The notes beneath the pieces are model-generated. The model was not told the DNA's origin and searched no databases. It saw only the letters and a list, made by a program, of their open reading frames with translations. The position numbers were made by a program, and so were the translations under genes. Positions 1 to 8,305 of a stretch of 31,090 nt of DNA are shown here, piece by piece. Every line of letters begins with the position of its first letter. Positions within the stretch are counted from its first letter, which is position 1. Origin of the DNA: an uncultured archaeon (GTDB lineage: Archaea; Asgardarchaeota; Heimdallarchaeia; Heimdallarchaeales; Kariarchaeaceae); assembly GCA_964645535.1 (NCBI GenBank), contig CAZYCQ010000038.1, positions 1 to 31,090 on the forward strand, read 5' to 3'.

Positions 1-236
1 TCGGATTTGGCAGAATTATAGAGGAGGTCGGGCTGTCCAGAATGATTGAAGAGGTCGGGCTGTCCAGAATGATTGAAGAGGTCGGGCTGTCCAGAATGAT
101 TGAAGAGGTCGGGCTGTCCAAGGTGATTGAAGAGGTCGGGCTGTCCAAGGTGATTGAAGAGGTGGGATTGGAAAAACTTTTGGCGGAACTTAGCACTGAA
201 CAGAAAAAAATGCTGAAGGAACTACTTGATTCATAA
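1..236 (+). CDS. 3' end of a protein (runs off the left edge) with C-terminal 9-aa tandem repeats IEEVGLS[RK][MV]
   Basis: Frame is open from position 3 (GFGRI-IEEVGLSRM...) to TAA at 234-236, so the track ATG at 42 is internal to the repeats. Confidence 0.75.
   Translation, partial: GFGRIIEEVGLSRMIEEVGLSRMIEEVGLSRMIEEVGLSKVIEEVGLSKVIEEVGLEKLLAELSTEQKKMLKELLDS
18..179 (+). repeat. In-frame 27-bp tandem repeat, 6 units plus a partial unit at the edge
   Basis: Consensus attgaagaggtcgggctgtcca[ga/ag][a/g]tg at 18, 45, 72, 99, 126, 153; no spacers. Confidence 0.97.
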
Positions 237-530
237 TTAACGCATGTTTATTTATGCAAGTTTGAGTAGTTACATGTAGAAATTGAATGGGAAATGCAGT
301 GATCCACTCTTCTGAACGTTTTCAGATCGAGGAATCTTGTTGTATCTTCTTTTTTTTGAAAATCACCATTCTTGAAGTATAAGTGGAAATATAACGATGT
401 CCAGAATCAATGGATGCACTATCATCAAAGGACGTTGGGGGAAGAAAGGTAAGACATACTTTAGAAAGTCCGCAGTTTTGAGTAATTAACGATAGAATTC
501 TAAAAAAAGTGGTTTATGCATCTTGCCTTA

Positions 531-733
531 TCCATAAAATTATTTTGAATTTTGAAGTTGGAAAAATTGAATGAGCGAGTTCCCTACCAATCTTGGCAAA
601 AAATGAGATACAGAAGATTGTTGGATCTAGAATCTGGTGCATTAATTGCTGTCCCACTGGATCACGGATTTACGTTACCACCAATTCAAGGGGTCAACAG
701 GCTCAGCAAAACAGTTGATTCGGTTTCCAAGGA
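531..733 (+). pseudogene. Relic of a diverged aroA' promoter and 5' end
   Basis: ccataaaattattt at 532 matches 1832; ATG 571 matches ATG 1871 (offset 1300). Relic MSEFPTNLGKK/MRYRRLLDLESGALIAVPLDHGFTLPPIQGVNR vs intact MRFDLPNVGKQLRFRRLVDQESGAIIAVPMDHGFTLGPIKGVDR. 1-nt deletions near 600 and 727. Confidence 0.9.
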
Positions 734-955
734 TTTCTTAAAACGCATGTATCACAGTGGGTTCAAGGAGCAGCCATAGCAAATGTTATTGCACAATTTG
801 GTGCGCTTAGTGCGTCTGGAGGGGCAACGGCAGTCTTAAAAGCAGCACAGATAATTGCAATAGTGATGAGTGTATTATGGTGGCTGGCTGGTACTTGGAG
901 TGACCTGACGGACGAGGATGATGTCGCAAATATGCCTTCGTTTATTTGGGGTTAA
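734..955 (+). pseudogene. Start-less 3' fragment of an unknown hydrophobic Gly/Ala-rich protein
   Basis: Open frame FLKTHVSQWVQGAAIANVIAQFGALSASGGATAVLKAAQIIAIVMSVLWWLAGTWSDLTDEDDVANMPSFIWG*, joined to the aroA' relic at caagga. Confidence 0.5.
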
Positions 956-1055
956 TGCTATTAATTCATGGGGGAGAATACTATTATGCAATATTTTCGT
1001 AAAGACCACCATGGGTTCAATCATTGCCCGTTAGTAGGAAGGATTATCGTTTGCT

Positions 1056-1108
1056 AATAAAAAATTGGACAGCTCTGTCAGTTGATGACTGGTTTGTCCA
1101 TTTTTATT
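1056..1108. other. Imperfect inverted repeat/hairpin
   Basis: aataaaaaattggaca...gtca-gttga-tgac...tgtccatttttatt. Confidence 0.55.
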
Positions 1109-1121
1109 CCTGCACGGGAAC

Positions 1122-1163
1122 AGTTGCCCAATCTGCAAACAAAGCTTGGTCGTTGAGAATTGA
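1122..1163 (+). pseudogene. Relic of the 3' end of the Dna2-RING gene
   Basis: SCPICKQSLVVEN* vs intact SCPICKHSLVIED* (20234-20275), offset 19112. Confidence 0.85.
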
Positions 1164-1586
1164 GGTATCTATACATGTCCTTTCACCCGATATCCGTACG
1201 ATAATCCAATAGGTTCCCTTCAATCATCATGCATGACATTGCAGCATAGCCCTTTTGTCTTGCCTTAATTATAGTGGAACCATCTGCGGTAAGGAAAAAC
1301 AGCCGCCCGCCATTTGCAACAGGCTGTGTATCCTTTTCCGCCAAATCTACCAAAAAAATTCCACGTTATCGTTTATCTGATCCCAACCAAGCAACCGTCT
1401 ACCCTTTACCTGAGAATAGTCCACAGAGTCATCGAAGGAGGCACCTACAAGGCAAATTCGGATTTTTCCATCAAAACGGACAGTTGGGCTGGTTAGTATG
1501 CTCTTCAAGCAAGATTCGATGAGAGATAAGTAATCATTTTCTAGACGGGGTAACATCGCTTGACATTCTGGATCACCCTACCGAGC
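1150..1586 (-). pseudogene. purD: Relic of the 3' third of a diverged purD
   Basis: AR*GDPECQAMLPRLENDY...FDGKIRICLVGAS...QPVANGGRLF...MIEGNLLDYRTDIG*KD is colinear with 20262-20699. Trp->TAG at 1578-1580, Trp->TGA at 1183-1185, 1-nt frameshift near 1352. Confidence 0.93.
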
Positions 1587-1597
1587 GAAGGGCTAGC

Positions 1598-1780
1598 TGC
1601 GGTCACCAAAATGCAAAAACGAACCTCAAAGATTTGGAGGCAAAAATTGTTGATCTAATAGTTGATCAATTGGGGAGCTTCAAAAGACCAATAAAAGTCC
1701 TGTTCTTAGATCAGTTACCAAAGACGGTATCTGGAAAGCCCATTCGGAACCAGATCGCACCCCTTTTCCTTAATAAATAG
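1598..1780 (+). pseudogene. 3' fragment of an acyl-CoA synthetase (AMP-binding C-terminal domain)
   Basis: ...IVDQLGSFKRPIKVLFLDQLPKTVSGKPIRNQIAPLFLNK*, carrying the A10 motif LPKTxSGK; rest of gene absent. Confidence 0.8.
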
Positions 1781-1831
1781 GTAGATGTATGAAGAATCAG
1801 CACAACTGCTGTTTCGTCAAATTTACTCAAC

Positions 1832-1850
1832 CCATAAAATTATTTAAGGA
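1832..1850 (+). promoter_or_regulatory. BRE/TATA promoter of the aro operon (probably leaderless)
   Basis: cataaaat-TATTTAAGG ending about 21 nt before ATG 1871; the same tatttaagg occurs at 9438. Confidence 0.6.
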
Positions 1851-1870
1851 AAGTTTCTGAGGACTCTTGT

Positions 1871-2659
1871 ATGCGATTTGACCTGCCCAATGTTGGAAAG
1901 CAACTTCGATTTAGAAGATTGGTAGATCAAGAATCAGGCGCAATAATAGCAGTTCCAATGGATCATGGGTTTACACTGGGTCCAATTAAGGGGGTCGACC
2001 GAATTGCGGCAACAGCTGAGAAAGTCTACCAAGGGGGTGCCAGTGCCGTAATTGTCCATAAGGGCAATGTAACCCAATTGGCGAACGTCCCAAACTTAAG
2101 AGGGCTGATGATCCACATTTCAGCGTCAGTCAGTCTTTCACCCCATTCTGCTCAGAAAGTCTTGACTGCCAGTGTGGATGAGGTAGCAAGGTTGGGAGCC
2201 GATGGGGTCTCGGTTCATGTCAACATAGGTGCAACAGGAGACAAAGAAATGATCTCCGACTTGGGGATGGTAGCCGATGATGCCAATGCCCTAGGATTGC
2301 CGTTGTTGGCAATGATGTATGCCAGAGACGATAATGGAACTGATGACACGTCCGCAGAAACCTTGGCTCATATTGCAAGAATTGCACAGGAAGCGGGAGC
2401 CGACATCGTTAAGATCAATGCCACAGCAGATGGGAAGCGGTTTGACGAGGTAACACAGGGAATAGACATTCCGATTGTGATTGCAGGAGGTGCAAAGGCA
2501 GATGATTTTCAAGGCTTTCTCAACACTGTTGAACAATGCATCCTGCAAGGAGCTTCAGGTATTTCAATCGGAAGGAATATCTTCCAAGCAGACGATCCAG
2601 CAACAGCCACTGCTAAGGTCGTTGAGGTTGTCAGAAAAGCGATGAAGGAGAGAACATGA
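1871..2659 (+). CDS. aroA': 2-amino-3,7-dideoxy-D-threo-hept-6-ulosonate (ADH) synthase, DhnA-type class I aldolase
   Basis: PMDHG, ADGVSVHVNIG, GADIVK, AGG, GRNIFQ motifs; directly upstream of DHQ synthase II. Confidence 0.92.
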   Translation: MRFDLPNVGKQLRFRRLVDQESGAIIAVPMDHGFTLGPIKGVDRIAATAEKVYQGGASAVIVHKGNVTQLANVPNLRGLMIHISASVSLSPHSAQKVLTASVDEVARLGADGVSVHVNIGATGDKEMISDLGMVADDANALGLPLLAMMYARDDNGTDDTSAETLAHIARIAQEAGADIVKINATADGKRFDEVTQGIDIPIVIAGGAKADDFQGFLNTVEQCILQGASGISIGRNIFQADDPATATAKVVEVVRKAMKERT

Positions 2660-3657
2660 AAGTCATTATTGATGGAAGGGAACTTGCCCAATCCGAAAAG
2701 GAGCGACTTATGGAAGCTTACGGAAAACAGATAGATTATGTGATCGTCAACGATTGCAAGGAAGATAATTGCCTGAGCATGCATGGCAACAATTTCGTCA
2801 ATAAGGACGGAACAACAGTGGGATTGGAATTTCCAATTGAAACGGAAAAGGATATGCAAAGGGTCATGAAAATGGACATTCCAGAAGGGATTGAATTTAT
2901 TGTTTTCAGAACCTCGGATTGGCAGATTATCCCACTTGAAAACGTTATTGCCAAATTCCATGATGCTGCAGTCATGGTAGGGACGCCTGTTGGCTCTGTA
3001 GATGAGTTGAAGCTTGCATCAACAATATTGGAGATAGGAGTAGACATTGCCCTAGTTGAAGGATCGATCTCGGTCATTGAGGAAATTGTTGCATGGATCT
3101 CTGGAAAACAAAAACAACACATGAACCTAGAAAGACTTGAAGTCAAAGACATTGTGAAAATCGGATCTGCAGATAGGGTCTGTGTGGATACTTGTGCAGT
3201 CCTGAGAAAAGGTGAGGGACTTCTCATAGGAAATACCAGCAAACTGTTTGCCTTGATCGAAGCGGAAGTTGATGAGACAGGTTATGTTGCAGCAAGACCG
3301 TTTCGGGTGAATGCAGGAGCTATTGCGGCATATGTCCTAAATTCAGAGAAAACCAACTATCTTTCAGAATTGAAAGCAGGGTCAAAAGTGATGATTGTTG
3401 CCAAAGATGGAACCACAAGGGAGGAACTGGTATGCCGAGTCAAAATAGAACGGAGACCCATGGTTTTGGTCAAACTCAAATGTGGCGAGAATGAGGCACC
3501 AGTAATTGTTCAAGATGCTGAAACGGTCCGGTTCGTTACTCCTGACGGAGCGGTCAGTGTGAAAGATCTTGAAACAGGAATGGTCGTGTTGGGATCTTCA
3601 CAGCAAAGGGGAAGGCATTTTGGGATGGAAGTTGATGAATTCATTGAAGAACACTAG
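2656..3657 (+). CDS. aroB': 3-dehydroquinate synthase II (archaeal type)
   Basis: DWQIIPLENVIA, DRVCVDT, RPFRVNAG, YLSELKAG, KIERRP, QDAETVR, GRHFG. Confidence 0.95.
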   Translation: MKVIIDGRELAQSEKERLMEAYGKQIDYVIVNDCKEDNCLSMHGNNFVNKDGTTVGLEFPIETEKDMQRVMKMDIPEGIEFIVFRTSDWQIIPLENVIAKFHDAAVMVGTPVGSVDELKLASTILEIGVDIALVEGSISVIEEIVAWISGKQKQHMNLERLEVKDIVKIGSADRVCVDTCAVLRKGEGLLIGNTSKLFALIEAEVDETGYVAARPFRVNAGAIAAYVLNSEKTNYLSELKAGSKVMIVAKDGTTREELVCRVKIERRPMVLVKLKCGENEAPVIVQDAETVRFVTPDGAVSVKDLETGMVVLGSSQQRGRHFGMEVDEFIEEH

Positions 3658-5092
3658 GGTTGCTGCCATTATAACAAATCCAAAAGACGCAGAAACCTAT
3701 AGTCGGGCAAAGGACATACTGCTTGAGTTCAGAATAGATCATTACCCTCCATTCATAGACAACAACAAATTTCCAGAAAATGCCATACTTACGTATAGAA
3801 GCGAAGAAGAAGGGGGAAAAGGAGAAAACGACAGCAAGAAAAGAAAAAGGATATTGCGAAAGCTATTGGATATTCCCCTTGCAATGGTGGATTTTGAAAT
3901 CCGTAGGGACATTGATTTGCTTGAAGAATTCATACGGAAAGGAGGGGAGCCTGAAAGAGTAATTCTCTCAGCACATGATTACAGCGGTAAGATGGAAAGG
4001 ACTGTCAAGACATACAAGAAACAAATTGAAGAAATTCATTCAAGATTTCCGGATTTATGTGAACATGCAATACATAAATTTGTTGGGAAACCAGAAGACA
4101 GTCTTGACCTTTTCCTTGGCATTGAGCAATTGAAGGAGTTGAAAAAACGAGTTGTGCTTGGAATCGGCAAAATAGGAGAACCAAGCCGAACACTTTCAGT
4201 TGGAAACCAGTTCATATTTGGAACTATTGACAAAATTCCAGGAATAATGGATTTGGAAACACTGACCAGAATTCATGGATGCGAAAAACCTTTTTTCACC
4301 GGCCTTATAGGAAAGACCTTGGCACATTCACTTTCACCGACCATTCATTCCCTTTTGTTTGATGAAATAGGTCAATGCGGCTATTATCACTTATTTCCGA
4401 TAAAAGAAGAAGAAAGAGTGTATCCTTTTATCGAATATGCCAAAACATATGAGGTCAAAGGGCTCAATGTCACCTTCCCATATAAAGAAATTGCAGCCAG
4501 AATTGCGGACATCAAGGCACCGGAGGTAGTTGAATGTGGAGCGGCAAATACTTTGAAAATTGATGACAGTACCGTAAGTGCATTCAATACAGACATATCG
4601 GGGTTTACAGCCATGCTCAAGAACAATAGACTGGACAAGGTCGATTCCGTCCTTGTTGTAGGAGCAGGAGGGGCTGCAAAAGCAGTCTGTGTTGCATTGA
4701 TGCAACTTGGAATTGAGGTATTTGTATACAATAGAAGCAAGGAACGCTTATTGACCTTCCCAAAACGGGTGAAGGACTACATCACATATGTTGAGGAGAC
4801 CAGAAAATTAGATGCAGATGTATATATCAATACGACACCTGTGGGCATGAATGGAAAGGGATCTCCTACAGAGTTTGCACCATTTCCAGAAAACATTGAG
4901 GTGGCAATTGATATCGGGTATTCACTTACCAAAACCGGTCTCATCAAAACGGCGGAAATTAAAGGAATCAAGACACTTGATGGAAAGGAAATGCTATTTC
5001 ATCAGGCAGTAGATACATTTGAAATATGGACAGGTGCCTCGATCAACCGAGGAAAGCTATTGAAGAAATGGTTAATGGAGGTCTCTAGATGA
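3635..5092 (+). CDS. aroDE: Type I 3-dehydroquinate dehydratase / shikimate dehydrogenase fusion
   Basis: AroD-like EFRID, TYRSEEEGG, SAHD; AroE-like HSLSPTIH, NVTFPYK, GAANT, NTD, GAGGAA. ATG 3635 preferred over the track start 3569. Confidence 0.9.
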   Translation: MNSLKNTRVAAIITNPKDAETYSRAKDILLEFRIDHYPPFIDNNKFPENAILTYRSEEEGGKGENDSKKRKRILRKLLDIPLAMVDFEIRRDIDLLEEFIRKGGEPERVILSAHDYSGKMERTVKTYKKQIEEIHSRFPDLCEHAIHKFVGKPEDSLDLFLGIEQLKELKKRVVLGIGKIGEPSRTLSVGNQFIFGTIDKIPGIMDLETLTRIHGCEKPFFTGLIGKTLAHSLSPTIHSLLFDEIGQCGYYHLFPIKEEERVYPFIEYAKTYEVKGLNVTFPYKEIAARIADIKAPEVVECGAANTLKIDDSTVSAFNTDISGFTAMLKNNRLDKVDSVLVVGAGGAAKAVCVALMQLGIEVFVYNRSKERLLTFPKRVKDYITYVEETRKLDADVYINTTPVGMNGKGSPTEFAPFPENIEVAIDIGYSLTKTGLIKTAEIKGIKTLDGKEMLFHQAVDTFEIWTGASINRGKLLKKWLMEVSR

Positions 5093-5964
5093 GAAAAACA
5101 TCAGAAACAATTGGAGGAGCAGTGACAATCCTGAATGCAACACTTACAGGGATTGGAGCAGCAATGGGCATTTTAGAATTTTCCAAAATCAATATCGAGG
5201 AGAATAAAGGCATCATGTTTGACATCTTTCCACCCATAAGTGATGGAAGACTCCTTGAGGCATGCCTTTCTGTGTTTGCGGAACGAACAGGAATTGTGCC
5301 AAACGACATCAAGATAACCACAGAAAGCCCATTTCCTCCCGAAAAGGGGTTAAAGACCTCGAGTGCCATCTCTACGGGAGCCATAAAGGCATTGGCTGAT
5401 TACTACGAGGTGGAGATCCCCATTGAAAAGCTGTTGGAATACAGTGCAGAAGCTTCAATCAATGCAGGGGTATCCTTGACTGGAGCATATGATGATGCAG
5501 CAGCCTGTTATTTCGGAGGAGTGGCCTACACCGATAACAACAAGAAAGAAATACTGTCATTGATGAATTCTCCAAAAGGTTTTGACATCATTCTACTTGT
5601 CCCACCAGAAAGTCTTCCCAAAAATAAGGTGAACGTTGAAAAAGTTGACAAGGTGTTGGTAAAAGAGGCTATGGAAGCTTTTGAGAAACGAAAGCTTTTC
5701 GAGGCAATCTACTACAACACACTGGCGTTTGGGCAGGTTCTTCTCCCCAATTTCGAGCATGTTGAAAGATTGGAAGCATTGGGAGCGGAAATTGTCGGTC
5801 TCAATGGAACCGGGCCATCTTTATTTGCATTCATCCAGCCAAGCAAATCAGAACAATTCATTGAATTGGTTGAAGCCACAGGGCACTACACAACAATCAA
5901 AACGAAACCTAGACCATTGACCAAAAAAGGTCTGGAGGTATACTATAATGTTGACAATCCGTAA
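5089..5964 (+). CDS. aroK: Archaeal (GHMP-family) shikimate kinase
   Basis: GAVTILNA, PPEKGLKTSSA, TGAYDDA, GTGPS. Confidence 0.93.
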   Translation: MRKTSETIGGAVTILNATLTGIGAAMGILEFSKINIEENKGIMFDIFPPISDGRLLEACLSVFAERTGIVPNDIKITTESPFPPEKGLKTSSAISTGAIKALADYYEVEIPIEKLLEYSAEASINAGVSLTGAYDDAAACYFGGVAYTDNNKKEILSLMNSPKGFDIILLVPPESLPKNKVNVEKVDKVLVKEAMEAFEKRKLFEAIYYNTLAFGQVLLPNFEHVERLEALGAEIVGLNGTGPSLFAFIQPSKSEQFIELVEATGHYTTIKTKPRPLTKKGLEVYYNVDNP

Positions 5965-7213
5965 ATCACGGCTTGAAGGGGAGGTTGTCCCTCCTCCAAG
6001 CAAGAGTGTAACTCATAGAGCCTATATCATAGCTTCTCTTACCGCAAATGGAAGTAAAGTGAAAAATCCCTTGCATTCAGAGGATACAGATGCCACATTT
6101 GCAGTTCTTGCGAAAATGGGGATGAAAAGCAAGACCAGTGAAAATACGATAGTCATTGACCAACCCATTCGAAAAGGAGCCGGAGAAGCAGATTGCCGTA
6201 ATTCAGGAACAACACTCAGATTGTTGACTGCCGTTAATGCAGCGTTTCCTGAAAAAACCATTCTGACAGGCGATGATTCCCTAATCACCCGCCCCATTTC
6301 CGATTTGGTTGATTCACTTCATCAATTAGGGGCGGATATCAAAACAAGGAATGGATTCCCACCAGTCATCATTGAAAGGCCAATCGCAAAAGAAAAATTT
6401 GAGTGTACCCTCAATCCCAGCAAAAGTTCACAATTTCTTTCAGCACTGTTGATATTGGGGGCAATAAAGGAAAATGGAATCCAGGTTTCATTGGAAGGAA
6501 CCTTCCCCTCCCGGCCGTATGTGGCAATGACTGTCCAGATGCTTTCAGAAGCAGGGGCTAAGATAAATACAAAGGAAAGGGTGTTTGAGATCATCAAGCC
6601 ACTACCACAAGAGCCGGTTGAATTCAATGTCCCTGCAGATTTCAGTTCAGCCGCATTTTATATTGTGGCTGGAGCATTGCCGGGCAATTCCATCATGATA
6701 AAAGGAATTGACAGGAGATATCCTCAAGCAGATTCAGCGATAATCGATCTTGTCAGGAGATTCGGTGCAGATATAGAAGAAACCCCAGAAGGGATCAGAG
6801 TATCCCACCATGAACTCGTTCCGCAGGAAATTGATCTTGCAGATTCTCCAGACCTCTTTCCCATTCTTGGAGTTTTAGCAGCATTTACAGAAGGCAAGAC
6901 TACAATTTACGGAGCATCACACTTGAAATACAAGGAAACCAATAGAATTAAGACCACGGGAGAATTGGTAAGAAAGCTTGGAGCCTCTTTCGTCGAAAAC
7001 GAGGATGGTGCAATAATTGAAGGGAGATCAACCTTACAAGGTGGAGAAATCGTAGATTCCTATGGCGATCATAGAATCGCCATGGCCGCAGCAATTGCAG
7101 CAACCCAAGCGGAAAGAGGTTTGAGGATACGCAATTGGCAAGCAGCTAGCGTTTCCTACAGGGATTTCTATCTACACCTGAAGGCAATAGGAGGAAAAAT
7201 CAAGGAGGAATGA
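5948..7213 (+). CDS. aroA: EPSP synthase
   Basis: PPSKSVTHRA, NSGTTLR, SSQFLSALL, DFSSAAF, KETNR, DHRIAMA. Confidence 0.97.
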   Translation: MLTIRKSRLEGEVVPPPSKSVTHRAYIIASLTANGSKVKNPLHSEDTDATFAVLAKMGMKSKTSENTIVIDQPIRKGAGEADCRNSGTTLRLLTAVNAAFPEKTILTGDDSLITRPISDLVDSLHQLGADIKTRNGFPPVIIERPIAKEKFECTLNPSKSSQFLSALLILGAIKENGIQVSLEGTFPSRPYVAMTVQMLSEAGAKINTKERVFEIIKPLPQEPVEFNVPADFSSAAFYIVAGALPGNSIMIKGIDRRYPQADSAIIDLVRRFGADIEETPEGIRVSHHELVPQEIDLADSPDLFPILGVLAAFTEGKTTIYGASHLKYKETNRIKTTGELVRKLGASFVENEDGAIIEGRSTLQGGEIVDSYGDHRIAMAAAIAATQAERGLRIRNWQAASVSYRDFYLHLKAIGGKIKEE

Positions 7214-8304
7214 TAATGAACGTATTCGGAAACATCTACAAAGTGATGCTCATTGGATCATCACATGGAAATTTGGTCGGGGTTGTCATTGACGGAGTTC
7301 CGCCGGCAGAGGAGATCAACATTGATGAAATCGAACAAGATCTACGTCGACGGGCACCCGGTCAATCAAAGGTTACCACCCAAAGAAAGGAAAAGGACAA
7401 GCTGATCATAGAAGCAGGAATATTGAACGGAAAGACAACCGGAGAGCCAGTTGTGGCATTTGTCAGAAACAAGGACATTGATTCATCCTATTATGATGAG
7501 ATTAAGGAAACACCAAGACCAGGTCATGCAGATTATCCGGCTTTTGTCAAATACAAGGGAGCAAATGATTACCGAGGGGGAGGAAGGTTTTCAGGAAGAA
7601 TGACGATTGGACTGGTAATTGCCGGATCTATTGCCAAACAAATCCTGAGAAGGCGAGGTGTCAAATTCATTGCCTATACAAAGGAAATAGGAGGAATTCT
7701 TGCACCGCCAGATTCATCCGCATTGTCGGAAAGTTTCATTTATTCTGACGAAAACATTGTTAGAGTGGCAAACAAAGACGCCATCAATCCAATCGTACAG
7801 GCCATTATGGATGCAAAGAAGCAAGGAGATAGTCTGGGGGGAGTGGTTGAGTGTCAAATTTTGGGACTGCCCGTCGGTGTGGGCGAACCGATATTTGATT
7901 CAATAGAATCTTCGCTCGCACATATTGCCTTCAGTATTCCAGCAACCAAGGGGATAGAATTTGGATCCGGTTTCCAAGCGGCTAGAATGAAAGGGTCTGA
8001 ACACAATGACCCCTTTGTCGTTGAAAACGGAGAGGTAAAGACAATCACCAACAATGCAGGAGGCATTTTGGGCGGTCTTTCCAATGGCATGCCAGTAATT
8101 TTCAGGATTGCCTTCAAACCGACATCTAGTATCTCGAAAAAGCAACAGACCATCAATAAGCAAACGGGAGAACTTACGGAATTGAAGGTAAGAGGACGGC
8201 ACGACCCATGCATAGTCCCTAGGGCAGTACCCATCGTGGAAAACTCGGCAGCCATTGTTATGTTGGATTTAATGTTGATGGGAGGATTTTTTGGAGGAAA
8301 TTGA
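7210..8304 (+). CDS. aroC: Chorismate synthase (start may be 7216)
   Basis: GSSHG, RPGHAD, GGGRFSGR, FKPTSS, GRHDPC. Confidence 0.97.
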   Translation: MIMNVFGNIYKVMLIGSSHGNLVGVVIDGVPPAEEINIDEIEQDLRRRAPGQSKVTTQRKEKDKLIIEAGILNGKTTGEPVVAFVRNKDIDSSYYDEIKETPRPGHADYPAFVKYKGANDYRGGGRFSGRMTIGLVIAGSIAKQILRRRGVKFIAYTKEIGGILAPPDSSALSESFIYSDENIVRVANKDAINPIVQAIMDAKKQGDSLGGVVECQILGLPVGVGEPIFDSIESSLAHIAFSIPATKGIEFGSGFQAARMKGSEHNDPFVVENGEVKTITNNAGGILGGLSNGMPVIFRIAFKPTSSISKKQQTINKQTGELTELKVRGRHDPCIVPRAVPIVENSAAIVMLDLMLMGGFFGGN

Positions 8305-8305
8305 A

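Noticed and set aside
18-179. CRISPR array
   Set aside because: Head-to-tail 27-bp units with no spacers, in frame within a coding region.
531-571. Relic promoter driving an antisense RNA against purD
   Set aside because: Its TATA is altered (tattttgaat vs tatttaagga) and identity to purD is too patchy; there is no evidence of transcription.
552-779. Track ORFs 552-779, 1024-1212, 1274-1522, 1314-1496 and 1347-1556 as real small genes
   Set aside because: They are chimeric or shadow frames over the aroA', RING and purD relics.
1183-1580. Stop-codon reassignment to Trp
   Set aside because: The two lesions are different stops (TAG, TGA), each one G->A change from TGG; they co-occur with a frameshift, and intact genes use both as stops.
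1122-1586. DGR template repeat for purD or the RING gene
   Set aside because: Differences affect all four bases and are largely synonymous, not adenine-specific; no reverse transcriptase is present.
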